Made by a program: the position numbers and the translations under genes. The notes beneath the pieces are model-generated. The model worked only from the letters and a program-made list of their open reading frames with translations. It was not told the origin of the DNA and ran no database searches. From the NCBI GenBank assembly GCA_030295235.1, contig AP026162.1, positions 2,170,001 to 2,234,000 of the forward strand: a stretch of DNA of 64,000 nt, written 5' to 3'. Positions within the stretch are counted from its first letter, which is position 1; every line of letters begins with the position of its first letter. Shown here piece after piece: positions 34,951 to 47,315 of this stretch. Origin of the DNA: Fistulifera solaris. Lineage: Eukaryota.

Positions 34951-36569
34951 ATGTTAGGGAATGGAAAGAAGAGAGCCTTAGATGACAGGTCGGAGCCTTT
35001 AATAGACCAGATAGAGACGCAAGGACCTCCTTTCAGTCTCCAGGTCAGCCGCCCCCTCGAACATAATGTGACACGTTCATCAAATAATAGACAGCAACCT
35101 GTCGTCTCTGGGAACACTCAAAGGTCACTGCAATCAACAGAGGTTATCGGGACACCATGGTTCGGTCATATGACGACACAAGGGCATTCGTTAAAATCCA
35201 TTCTTCAGAGGGACGCTCTTGCATCATGGTCAGGCTCACGGCAGCTCTCGTCCGAAAGTGATATTCCCCGTGCAACTTCACGTGACCCAGGTAGTCCTCA
35301 GAATCCAATAGATCTTAGAAATGTGAGAATACCGGAAGAGGGAGATGAGGAGGGAGTTGGTGGAGGGATTGAAACCAAAATTCCATCGGAAGGGGGCTGG
35401 CTGGCGGTCATGTATCGAATAGGAATGTGGTGTTCCGGTCCTTCGGTACTCGTGGTTATTTTCCTTTTTCCGCATTCGGTCTTATCTATGGTGCGTCAAG
35501 AGAATTGGGCTACCATTTGAGTCTACGTCATATCTTTGAGCGGGTCGACTGGGAACGCGAAGTGAGTGTCGCTTTCATCGGAAATGCCTACCTATTTGTG
35601 AACGATATGCCCCGTATCATGCAGGCCATCTCGAAAAACCAAATTCATCAGAACTCTGTCATTCATCCGGGAGGATCTTTGGGTTCGCTTCTTATAACTG
35701 GAAATGGAATGTACAATGCATGGAAAACGGGCACGGCTGATCTTGGACAACAATATATCAAAGATTACGGTAGAAAGGAAGGCGTTTATGATTTTGGGAT
35801 GTGTTCCGTCAAACAGCTTTTACTTGGCGCTGATGAGTACATGGGCTACGGGAATCCTTATGGAGCCTACAAGAATGATGGCCTGAATCCTTGCATCATG
35901 GACCAATATTACTACAGTTACGTCGCTGGTATTCTCGCTGATGAACCAGTCAAGTGGGATTATGTTGTGCTGGCAGGTCAGACGAAGAGAATGGTTGTCG
36001 AATCGGCAAGGAATGACACGCTTTTTGAGCTAGTCAATAGTTACGCTCCTATGCTCAACCAGTCGGGAGCGATACCCCTTTTAGTCGATACTCATGCATT
36101 CTGGTCGGACAGTACCAACATGACCGGTCTGGGAAACGACGTACCATCTTTCACAGCCAATATTCAAAACGGCGTCAAAGTTTACGCCTCGGCTCTTGCG
36201 GAAGTGCTACCGCGCTCTCAGGCTCCTATCATTGCCCCAGTCGGACTTGCTTACCTCACGGTCTGGGAAGAAAATTATGATTTGTGGAGAATGCTGTTTG
36301 TGCGCGACATGGTACATGCATCAGTGTATGGCTCTTTTCTTTTTGCCTGCGTCTTGTACATGACAATATTTGGACATCGCCTTCCGGATAATGACTTTCA
36401 GTTTCCTTCGGAAGTTGCCGACTTATTTGCAACCTCACGGAAGTTAGTTGGTGGAAACCATTATTTTCCCAGTCAGGAAGAGATGTCATATTTGAAAAAT
36501 GTAGCTAAACGAGTGGTGCTGAAAGGTTATGTACCGCCGTCATTACCAAGGCACTCCTCGAACAGGTAG
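34951..36569 (+). CDS. SGNH-fold protein B with disordered N-terminus and TM anchor, frameshift ~35467; block I Ser replaced by Ala
   Basis: VAFIGNAYLFVNDMP, GNGMYN.W, WDYVVL..QT, APVG, DMVHAS..G.FL.A; clear paralog of 33249-34411. Confidence 0.78.
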
Positions 36570-38949
36570 CGATTTTTTGTCGATCGCCACACAGTGTCTT
36601 GCTCTTCCTTCCGTTTGCAGAGAAAATTTCAGAGAAACTGATATCTGAGCAAATCATAAGGAGTAGATATTGTTTATTAAATTGAAGTCTGCGAATTTCT
36701 TGTAATATTTCGACTATTCCCCATAGCGATAGCGACTGCAACGGGATTGGATAATTATACCTGGTAAACAAAGAAGCGCCGATTCTCATTCTCATGACTG
36801 AAATCCTGTCTTGGATAAGTTGAGCAACAGTTTGGGAGACAGTAGAGAAATGTCGGCTTTTTCTCGTCTTTTAGAAATTTTAAGTGCCCTTCAGAATCCA
36901 TGCTAGTTCTATGAAGATAGTGAGATTCCAAATAAGACGAGAAAGGCAACAACGTGTCTGCACGCACAAAAGAATCAATCACGATTCACGACTGAAATGT
37001 AGTCTTGTATCGATGTGACGCCATAAGATGTTTTTGAACATCGGCAGCGGCATTAATCGCTTACGAAGATAGGGCACACTGCGACACGTTTCTGCTACTT
37101 GGTAAAGGTACTTACACAACAACAAAAAAACTCCGAGAAAAAAAACCAACAGTCGCAATCAATCCGAAAAGTGTAACGTTCGTTTTGATGAAGGGGGTCT
37201 GGGGGTGAGGGGTGCTCGGTCATCATTATTTTTAGGCTGTTTTTTAGGCTGTTTACTATGGTGAGTAATGTTCTAAAAAAGTCGCTCCACAGTCTTTTGC
37301 ACTACTTAAAGTGAATAGACTAGATTTGGGTCATTTTAATGATTTGTTCTTTCTTGTATCGTCTGAAGCAGCTAAATTTATTATTGCAAAGCTATGAAAT
37401 GGCCTCTAGGTCCTAGGTAAGTACTATTTACGTGGAAAGGTCTGTGGATTTTTCGAACGAAAAATTTATGTACTTATTAGTATTGGCTATATTTTCTTCC
37501 TTTTCCTTCTGATAATAGCCTTCTGTAGTTGTATTGGAAGCAAAAATAAAACGTCGGTCATTGAAAAAGCACTAGAGTGTATCATTGCTTTTTGTCATGA
37601 CGAAATCCCAGCTTATCTACTCTAAACTTTACAGTAAATGATCTAAGGTTGTTTCGTAATCTTTCTAGTCGATTCCAACGTTTTCCAGCTTTTTTGTTTT
37701 ACCTTTTGTCGCGTTTCTGCAAGTGTGGTGTCAATGCTATCCACAGAAGACATGTTTAAACGTTCATTATCGATCATTTTGTTGAAATGCTTTCCTTACT
37801 AAAGAACAGGTTTAAAGGGTGAAGCAGTCTGCAGTCTGCACCGCTTGACGTAAATAAGTTCATAGATTTTCTGTTCATGCTAGACCCTACATATACTTCG
37901 TAGCAGACGGCATATCCGTTAGTCTAAAAACGTTGTCCGTAGACTGGTCTCCTTTGTAAGGCTAGTACATTAGCTATTCTTGTGTCCTGATAATCCGGAA
38001 TTGTTTTGAATCACTCCAGGAAAGTTCTCTGCCTTTCGTTTCGATGTCGTTCAGTTGTTTACGCAGGATATAAAGAATCATGACTCCGTTTTCATTTCTT
38101 GATGATGATTTTATGTCGTTCTGCATTTAGTCGACTCGGGATACGCATGACAGCATCGATAGAGAAGATAGATTGACTAGACTTTAATTCATCCAACTAA
38201 ACCTGTGATCAACGATACAGCAAACAGAATTTCCGTGTATTTAGACAAGGAGAGGTCTTAGTGTCATTAACAGAAATAATAGAACAGCTTCGATAGATAA
38301 GATAGATCGACTAGACTAATTCATCCAAATCCGATCAACACGGAATATTTCACAACTAAACAAATTCTACAACTAAACAAATTCTTTACATTATCTGCCT
38401 GAAAAAAGACACAGCATACAAAACTTCCGTATCTCTCAGTCATTACTTGCAGAAAAAGACAGCCGCGATACACAAGAAAACTCGACTAGCCAAAAGTCAT
38501 CCAACTTCGATACGTAGTCCATACCAGGTAGCAACCCTACACGCCTATTTGTCCTATTTGCCTTTACAAAGAAATCATAGTCTAATTCCAAATAATAAAA
38601 AAATGAAAGACACCGGGTACTGTACATGCACAGAATTCCCGTATGCCAGAATCAGAGAATAGAACCAGTAAGACTCGATCACTTTTCCGCCTCTTAAGGC
38701 GCCAGCCAACAATCAGCAAGGAAAGACCTCGAAGGTTCAGCGAATTGAATGCAGAGACCTGCGAAAGCTATTACTGCTGTTGTTTTTACACGAAGAACTT
38801 GAAAACATCTCTTGGGTCGTAAGAGGGTGTGCAAAGGACGAGCTTTTTGTCGCATTGAGGGCCTGCTGCAAGACATCACACGATCGAAAGCGAAGCATTG
38901 CCTTCAAAATAAGCATTTGACGTGCTTTCAATCATTGGTACTTTTCATT

Positions 38950-41923
38950 ATGTCATCCGTCCCAGTTATCAAGCGAGAAGATGGTGGAGAGCAGTCGTCG
39001 AGTCTACAGCAATTGCCGGCAAGTAAAACGACTACAAAGCTCGCCGGTCGCCAAACATCATCCGGTGAAATTTCGCTAGTGTCCGACCACAAGAAAGAGC
39101 CCCCTATTTCCATTGATCCCTCGGATGGTCTTGCGATTAGAGAATCTCTATCCGGCGAGGCTGGCGTATCTACCTCACCGTCTGCGGAAGATGAAGAAAT
39201 TCAGCTCGCCAAGGCAATGGTTTTAGCCATGCAAAGCAATCCGAACGCGACCCCCGATGAAATTCATGCGATGCTCGCCAAGGAAGGCATGCAAAGACCG
39301 TCATTCACCGCTTCAAAAGAGTCCTCCAACTCACAGCCCTTGATTCCAGGACGTCTTATGGCCAACTTGATAGCGAATCCGTTCTCGTCGTCCATCTCTT
39401 CGGCCGGTAATACGTTCAAAGAAATAAATTGGGACAAGGCGCTCAAAGGATTGGATGACATGCTGACAGAGGGCGTCTCAAAACTGGAAGAAGTTGGTAA
39501 TTCGCTCGGGCTTCCAAACGCCAAGCCTCCTCCCGTGCCACCGCCAGTTAAAACAAACCCACCAGAGGAAACGGAAAAGCCGAAACCCGCTGGAGGACTC
39601 AAGCGGTCCTTTACTGGTAAAAATAAATCTCTTCGCACTCCACCAATCAGTCCAGTTGACGGAGATAAACCTGTCTTGACACAAGTGCTATCAGACGCAC
39701 CGACTTTAGGATCGCTAAAGGATTCAAAATCCAAGTTTGAATCTCCCATGAAGCCACCCCGATTCGACTGAGTGGGCTTGCGTGGAAAAGACGCGGTGGG
39801 ATGGGCAAATTCTCTTCGACGGCGGCATGGGAAAGGCGCCGCATTGAATTGCAAGGAAACATTTTGCTCTATTACTTACGTGACGCATCCGAAGAAATCA
39901 CGACGGGAAGTGACTACATTTCTCCTACCAAAAGCTTATCGGCGGATGAAGACCAATCCCCTGAGGGAATAGTTATAACAAAAAGAGCTACTTGGTTGGA
40001 ACAGGCAGCGCAAAACTGGATTGCCGGCTCTGATGACCCTACGCTCCGCGAGGTTACATTGATTTGGTCAAGGAAAAGGCTACTGTTCAAGCTACAACCG
40101 GCGATTCCGGGTGTCCATCGCCCTTCGCTATCAGCATCAAAGTCCGAGGGGAGACAAAGTGGAAGTTGTGCTTCGATCACCATCGTTCACAGATGGAATG
40201 GCTTGTCGCTATTACTGATATAGTCGTTCAAAATAGCGTTGATCAGTATAACGCCTTGCTACTGCAGGCCGCAGACCCGGCTTACCAAAATGAAACTGCA
40301 GTGTTCCGTCCACCATCGGTCGAAAAGCCTCCGTCCAAAGATAATGAGAAATCACATCGGCTTTGGATGACGGAGCCGTATTCAGTATCGAGTTTTAACG
40401 GCGGAAAGAATGACGCTTTTGATAGAGATGGCGCGGATAGATCTCCATCTGACGGCATAGACGATTCGGAGAGGTCAAAAATGGCAGGGTCGGAAACACA
40501 TGTCAGCCCTGAAATTGACGTCGCTCTGGATTTAGCTAATTCGTCGGACAGATGGAAGATTCCAGAGAAGCATCTACTGTACGTGTTCGGAGTTATTAAC
40601 GTGTCACTGATTTACGCACGTGCGTCATCAACAAGTCTAGAAGGCTTCTGGTATCTTGTATCACTTGCAAACCTCGGCATTTATCTGTGTTTGTCGAAAG
40701 AGAGTAGTCAAGATACCCGCTTAATTCATGCGAAAGTTTCGACAATAGGTGCAAAAGGAGGAAACGTCAAGGCTTTAGTGGATGGTCTGTGTCGAGGGGT
40801 TCCTTCTGTAGGTGTGGCTGGGGCGGAGAAAACGAAAGGTTTTGTTCCGCAGGCAGGATCTACGACGGTGCGCATTGAAAACCCATCTGATCCTCCTGTA
40901 AATGAAAAGAATGAGCATTTTGTTGGGTGGAAGGTGGATCGCGGAGATTCCCTTTTGGTTCGGTCACATGGTTATTTGTCGACGAAAAGAAGGTTCCATC
41001 CCCTGGAGAGCTGTACGACTGTATTCACATGGATGCTTTCGAATCACCGCACCGTTATCCCGACATGGGAGCTCGCGTACAGTTACCAGAAGTGAAATAT
41101 GACGACGGTGACGTCAAGAAAACGTGGAGGGCTCCTGACATTTTTATTGTCAGCATAGCGTTGCCGACAGACCCTCCGAAGCTGGGCAGCAGCAGCAGTG
41201 ATGGTGGTGGCTACACGATCACGGCATACTTTCGAATGAAGCAAAAAACGCGGGATATTTTAAAGCGAGTCACGGCGGAAGGCTACGATGTAACATCAGA
41301 GAAAGTCGGCGATCCACAAAAGAGCCAGGTGAACGCTGTGCGATTGTTTGAAGAGTGGTGTAGACGAGCGCCGACCGATGGCAAGTTTCAGTCCCGGTTT
41401 AAAATCGTTCCTAATGCGCACAACCTCAAAGAAATCGGGATGCCGGTAAGTATCAGGCAGTAGAATTATTGTTTGTCTCGTCAAGACGCTTGTCTTATTT
41501 CTTTGCGCTTATCAAATTTCTCTACAAAGGGATGGATAGCGAAGTACAATGGCACGCCTTTCCTCATCAAGCGCCCTGGTCAAACGGGTTTCTTGTTTTC
41601 CCACCCTGAACTTTCGTGCATGGAATTCGACGTGTCGCTTCATGTGTTTCCGTATCTTGCAAAGCAAGCAATTTGCTTCATGAAAGAAAGCTTTTCCGGA
41701 AGACATTGGTTACGTTTGGTTTTGTTATTGAGGGGCGAACCGACGATGAGGTAAGTTCATTTTGGGTTGTTCATACTGCAAACTCTGAAGTATGATACTC
41801 ACGGGTTCCCCCTCCAGCTTCCTGAGTGCTTGATAGGGCTATTCCAGTTGTGCTATCCAGACCCGCAATACGCTATTCAAGCCGCAGACTTTTTTCAGTG
41901 GGAAGGCACAGCGATCATTTTAA
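38950..41923 (+). CDS. PH-domain + TM + EDR2 C-terminal (DUF1336) protein; introns 41446-41529 and 41751-41817; ~4 frameshifts
   Basis: PH: G..WKRRGG.GK..AWERR...L....L.YY ... W...I. DUF1336: VRS.GY...K.K.PS, RFK.V, P.LIKR, E.DV..H.F.Y.A, GFVIEG..DDELPE.LIG. Shifts at ~39758, 40045, 40987 and 41693. Confidence 0.8.
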
Positions 41924-42133
41924 TGCGGGTACATTCATGAACCTACAACCACGAAGCTTTTTTAAAAGCGAAGACTTTAAAAGGATAGCGGTGTTAATTA
42001 CTTTTAAAAGATTTTGTTGACAAATTCATCATTTATTATCATCATTTATTATAGAGGGTAGTGATTTCGATTGAATCGCTTTTTAGTGTACTTATCTCGC
42101 TCAAGTTTGCGGTCTCCTCGCTGGTCAGAATGT

Positions 42134-42939
42134 CTACTCAACTTTTATTCTCGAACCTCTTAAAATCTTGTTAACATTATTACTCAGCTCAAGTCTATTC
42201 TTTTGATTCCCTCGAAGCATCGTCTTCGACTCGAGCAGACATAGAAGGTCTTGGACGACAACCATACAGTCCGCTTCCACAAGCTGGCTACTTCGACTGG
42301 AAAGTTCAAATATGAGTTTTCGGGGACTCTCTGAGCAATCGATTATTGCAAGTAATGCAAAGTATGCTTCCTCGTCGTATAATGTGAGACACGCCTGATC
42401 CCCTTTTGTCGCAACTCCCATTGAATATAGCGGTCGGTTTCTTCAACAAAAGACAGGGCCCAGTGCTTGCACTCCGTCCAAATGATTTGATCTTGTTTCA
42501 ATGATTTTTGATCACATCGAGGGGCAAGGCGTGCATGAATGCGTTCTAAACGTAACTGTGCTGTCTCATCCGGCGGCGCGTCTCGTAGGTCCTCGTGGTG
42601 GACCCGAAAGCCGTCATACTCGTCAATCGAGGCGTAGTCACCCACTCTTGATTCCACTTCGCCATCGTTTCTATCACGACAAATCTCGTTACTAGCTTGA
42701 AAGTAAAGAGGATCTTCTTTCTGCGTAGGAAAAGGACTGAAAACTTTCTCGCTATCATCCACTGACGGAGCAAGAAAGACATCCGATAGGCATTCAAAGT
42801 CCGCAGCGTATGAACGGTGACGATTGAATATGTTTTCCGCTGGCAAAGAAGATAATGGTGTGAAGTCTTGATGATCCCATTGGCTGGAGATCTTTCCATG
42901 ATTGAAAGCCATGTTGCGCTTGTTCCAAAGTTCTCTCAT
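42134..42939 (-). CDS. Hypothetical protein, frameshift ~42410, start uncertain
   Basis: Two overlapping ORFs (42343-42939 and 42134-42421) join near a T/C run; no motif recognised. Confidence 0.5.
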
Positions 42940-43333
42940 TCTCAGATTTCAATTCTCTATCCTTTCTCATGCTGTTTTGAGAAATGGGATGAAATAATCA
43001 TTGCTTGGTCGAACGGTTTTCTGTCGGTTTCATTCAAGTTTTTGTGATCTGTCCATTTCAAAAACGCCTGTCGTCATCAGATGTCGTATTTAAAGTAGAG
43101 GAGATAACGCTTACCGTTATGTGCGTCTTGCAATAAAATCCCACCGGTATTTTTTACTCTGATTTAGAGAGTGAGGCGCACGTTTCTCCCTCCAACCAAA
43201 TGTCCGGGTTGCTTCTCTGCGTTTTGCAATAAGAACAACCACCACTTCTTGCCGCAACGATACTTGTTGTCTAATTTACGTTATATAATCTTACCTGGTA
43301 CAGCTTGATCATTAACAAATAGTCAACTCAATC

Positions 43334-44552
43334 ATGGGTGAAGAATATAATACACCGCCTCCGCCGCTTGACGATCCGACGGTGGCTCATCCCTTGGAAT
43401 GCCCGCCGTTGCGATGGGGCTTGATTGGTTGCGGACGCGTGTCTCACGACTTTGCGCAGGCCCTGAGGCACATTCCGACGGCATCGATCGTCGCCTGTGC
43501 GGCGCGCGAACTGGATCGGGCGCAAGAATTTGCTACCAAACACGGCATTGTTAAAGCCTACGGTGATTACGATGAAATGTTAAAAGACCCGGCAATTGAC
43601 GTGGTGTATGTGGGAAATCTTCATGCATTTCGCCGTTCAATCGGAGAAAAGTGTTTGCTGGCGAACAAGCACGTTCTCTTGGAAAAGCCTTTGCGTGCAA
43701 ATTAGAAGATGCCGAATATTTGTGTGGCTTGGCGAAGGAGCGCAACTTGTTTCTCATGGAAGGGATGTGGACGCGATTCTTTCCAGCGTTGGAACAGGCC
43801 CGCCGGCTGGTGTTGGGGGGATCCGATGGTACAAAAGGCGCGTTCTTGGAGAAGTTTCAATGGTTCAAAGTGACTTCAATTTCAATGCAAGCGATTCGGA
43901 CCCCTATCCAACTTCCTTTTTTTACAATCGAAAATTGGGTGGAGGGGCCAGTTTGCTGGTTGGTCCATATCCTATTGCAGCAGCTCTACTCTTCTTTCCT
44001 GGCACTGGTCCTGATCAAGTGAAAGTCACTGGACTCGTGGATCCTCAAACAGGCGTTGATTTACAGGCTGCAGTTGCCATGTCGTTCCCTGCGACAAGTG
44101 ATGTTCAGCCCGCCCTGGACGAGTCGAATACGGAAGAGAACACGCCCAAGCTACCCGGCGCCGGTGTGGCTACTCTGACCTACGGATTTCTGGGTGAAAG
44201 TGAGGAAAAGACTACTGTAGTTGGATCGAAAGGCAGACTAACGATCGAAACACCTGGACATTGTCCTACGAAACTTTCAGTGACTATCAAAGGAGAAGGG
44301 CGAGGCAATGCAGTTGGTTCTCATACGTATCACTTTCCCCTTCCGGAAGATACGGAGGAAATCATTCAGGCGGGTGGATATTTCTACCCGAACAGTGCCG
44401 GCTTTTGCTATGAAGCGGCGGCGGTTGCGCGTTGTATTGCATCTGGGAAAACAGAGGCTCCGCAGTGTCCCTTGGCAGACACTCTATCCCAAATCAAAAT
44501 TCTAGATCAAGTACGAATGCAGCTGGGTTTCAAAGCCATTGACGAAGATTAA
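43334..44552 (+). CDS. Gfo/Idh/MocA oxidoreductase (DHDH/xylose dehydrogenase-like); frameshifts ~43691 and ~43840
   Basis: LRWGLIGCG.VS.DF, KHVLLEKP, FLMEGMWTRFFP, LGGGA.L..G.YP, G..YEA..V. Confidence 0.9.
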
Positions 44553-44586
44553 CGCTTTAAAGGCTTTATTTGATATTGCTTACCCT

Positions 44587-46917
44587 TTACATCTTGTACT
44601 TCGCGGAACTACTGGATGCTCTCTCCGTTACTGAAGTCTTCGCGGCAGCTTTTGAACCGCTGGCAACAGTCTCGTGCGCTTCTTGCTGGAGCCGTTTGAA
44701 AAATGTCGTACTGCTTGAATACTCGTTCGAATCCTGCTTTCCGGTTGTGACAGTGCCACGTGATCGAGCCGCCTGAAGCTCTTCACGCATCTTTCGCTTC
44801 TCGTATGGGTTATTGAGTCCCAAACCAGGTTGTAAACGAGAGATCAACTTCTCATCAGCCTCTTTTTGTTTACGATTCTTACGTCGAGCAGCTTTCTTCG
44901 AGGATCTTAATCGCTTACGTTCTTTTTGTTCCAGTTCTGAATCAGCGCGCAGTACACTATCGCGTCCATGCTTTCGGCCGTATACCTCTTCCGGTGCCAC
45001 GCCACGGGCATCGCTTACATGCAATGGAAGTACTTCCTCCATAGCGATTGCAGGTTTCGTGACAGTTCTAACTTCAGCCTCGTCCTCAATCGGCCGAGGA
45101 GCAAATTGATAATTCGACAATGCATCAAGTTTACTGCACAAATTAGCGAACAAAGCTTTCATTTCGTTAATTGCCTTTTCCTCTTCGGTCTCCTTCTCTG
45201 CGGCGTCGACATCATATCCGGTTGCCTTTTTCAAGTATTCGCGCTCGTACAGCTCTCCTAAACTCAATTTTGACTTCTCCTGACTGACCTCTGGAAGTTC
45301 ACCCCGCTTTTTATGCCAGCTGACATCTGGGAGCTCTCTGGGGACAACGTCATCCCAATCTTCCTCGAGTACGCGCTTCTTTATCATCTCTTCAATATTC
45401 GCCGTATGTTCTACAGTGACTACGGGAGCCATTTTCGTCGCAATCTCGAACTCTGGAGTAGAATCTAGAAGAGAATTCACTGGACGATCTGACGATGTAG
45501 TTTCACCCTTCATTTGCCATGGCTTTTCAGCAAGCATATCCTTCTCTAACTGTTGAATCTGTGTCTCGAGTTTCGAGGCACTTTTGGATTTCTTGTCTTT
45601 TTGCTGTACAATCGATGATTCAGCTTTTTCCTCCATCATTCCTCTCTCATCGTCACTTCCATCACTTTCATTTTCTCCATCCTCGTCGTCAATATCCTCA
45701 TCGTCTTCTTCGTTCCATCGCACTTTTCCCTTTTCACCCGCTGAATTTTCAAACTCAAATTCATTCCAAGAATCGTCGTCATCATTACCTCCGCTCTTCT
45801 TATCGTTATGAGGTTTCCATTTGTGAAAATACTTTTTGTCGGGTTTTCCGAAGAAATCAGCGGCTGTCATGTTAATGACATCATCGTATTCATCGTCATC
45901 CTCATTATCATCTTTGACGGCATCGTCGTACAAACCGTAGAGAGCTTCAACTTCGTCATCTTCGCGATAATTCTTCCTTCTTTGCAGAGTTGCCTTTTCA
46001 AATAAGCCGGCACCTGCATCTTCATCTTCTTCGCTATCTTCCTCATCGCTATCATTATCCTTGGAACCCTCGCCGAAATCACCATCTCGTTGTTTCTGAT
46101 GAAAAGTCCTTTTGTCAATATCTTCCGTGGTGCTTTCTGGGCGCTCCTCCCCATACGCCGAGTCGGGAAGATAGCCTTCTTCTTCATCTGCAAATCCCTC
46201 CATTTCATTGATATCAAAGAACCCATTGTTGAGCTCTTCGGCTGCAGGATCTACTAACTCAGGCTCGTCGTGATCGGCATCAAGCTTGTTATTTGGATGT
46301 TCTCTCTGATTGACACCTTCAATGCTTTCTTCGTCATCCTCATCATCGTCGTCCATATCATCCATCGCACGCTCCATTCGCTCTCTCATCCTTCTTGCTT
46401 CGTCATCTTCTGGCTCATCTTCATCGTTATCTTCGTCCTCGGATGCGCGTTCTTCATCGTCCTCCAATGGCTCCTCCTCGTCAAGTTCAGATGACGAGGA
46501 GTCGTCTTCGTCCGAGTCCATATCTTCCAATAATCGAACAGACTTGGGTCCAGATTGCTTATTCGTCGCCTTTGAAACACGTTTAATGGCCTGCTTCAAC
46601 AGGGTCTGCAGGGCGACGTTCTGTAAATCCACTTGTCCCCAGAGAGTTTCGATATCGACTTTTTCTTCTTCGTCACCCATGTAAAGTTCATCCAAACCAG
46701 ACAAGCCAGACTCAGCTTCTTTGCCGATTGACTGATAAATCTTTGACAAGGCTTCGATTCGGCGAAACAACTGTTCCGTTGTTCGCATCAAAAGCGAAGA
46801 TTGGGTAGAAACATGCTCTGGCGAGTTGTTGTAAAGAAGTGAAAATGCGGCATCCTCCGGTTTTGACAGTAAAGCGACGAAATCACGTATCGAATGCAAC
46901 TCGTTCTGATCAGACAT
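44587..46917 (-). CDS. MPP10: U3 snoRNP protein MPP10
   Basis: E.LWGQ..LQN, acidic middle, EKPWQM.GE....RP.NSLL, IE..IK.R.....WDD, LDALSN..F.P, I.MEE..P, APEE. Confidence 0.95.
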   Translation of the reverse strand: MSDQNELHSIRDFVALLSKPEDAAFSLLYNNSPEHVSTQSSLLMRTTEQLFRRIEALSKIYQSIGKEAESGLSGLDELYMGDEEEKVDIETLWGQVDLQNVALQTLLKQAIKRVSKATNKQSGPKSVRLLEDMDSDEDDSSSSELDEEEPLEDDEERASEDEDNDEDEPEDDEARRMRERMERAMDDMDDDDEDDEESIEGVNQREHPNNKLDADHDEPELVDPAAEELNNGFFDINEMEGFADEEEGYLPDSAYGEERPESTTEDIDKRTFHQKQRDGDFGEGSKDNDSDEEDSEEDEDAGAGLFEKATLQRRKNYREDDEVEALYGLYDDAVKDDNEDDDEYDDVINMTAADFFGKPDKKYFHKWKPHNDKKSGGNDDDDSWNEFEFENSAGEKGKVRWNEEDDEDIDDEDGENESDGSDDERGMMEEKAESSIVQQKDKKSKSASKLETQIQQLEKDMLAEKPWQMKGETTSSDRPVNSLLDSTPEFEIATKMAPVVTVEHTANIEEMIKKRVLEEDWDDVVPRELPDVSWHKKRGELPEVSQEKSKLSLGELYEREYLKKATGYDVDAAEKETEEEKAINEMKALFANLCSKLDALSNYQFAPRPIEDEAEVRTVTKPAIAMEEVLPLHVSDARGVAPEEVYGRKHGRDSVLRADSELEQKERKRLRSSKKAARRKNRKQKEADEKLISRLQPGLGLNNPYEKRKMREELQAARSRGTVTTGKQDSNEYSSSTTFFKRLQQEAHETVASGSKAAAKTSVTERASSSSAKYKM

Positions 46918-47315
46918 AATTGTTGTGTTGTTTGTGCGATTGTTGGGTTGATCAAGAGCACCAAAGCAGCTTCTTGCTCTCATTTATGATCGCTGCGTGC
47001 GCTTTTTGTTGCGTTCAAACTTTTTTTCTTTGTTGGGTCACGGTTTGTTTTTAGTCTTGGATGATGGTTGGCTAGGCGTCGCATCCGGTTGACTTACTGA
47101 CGTGCTGAGAGTTTTCGCTAGCTAGCAGCTAGCTAAACGCTCGAGTTAAACTGTTAAACCTTACCATCTGCATGAGCTATAACTGGCTCGGGAGGCTATC
47201 AATTTCTGACCTGCTGCTAGGGATCGACTATTGAACAACAAAATAGCATGTATTTATAGTGTTATGAACAAAAAAAGAACTCTTACTTGTATGTGGACGG
47301 AGTCGTTGATGATGC

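Noticed and set aside
36755..37115. Possible small spliced minus-strand gene (GTAAGT at 37115, AG at 36992, 75-aa ORF)
   Set aside because: All three frames hit stops just after the acceptor, the ORF has no ATG start in the ORF track and no motif is recognisable.
4711..47199. Shared 12-mer TCGGGAGGCTAT at 4711 and 47188 in intergenic DNA
   Set aside because: A few 12-mer matches are expected by chance, and no partner inverted end or TSD was found.
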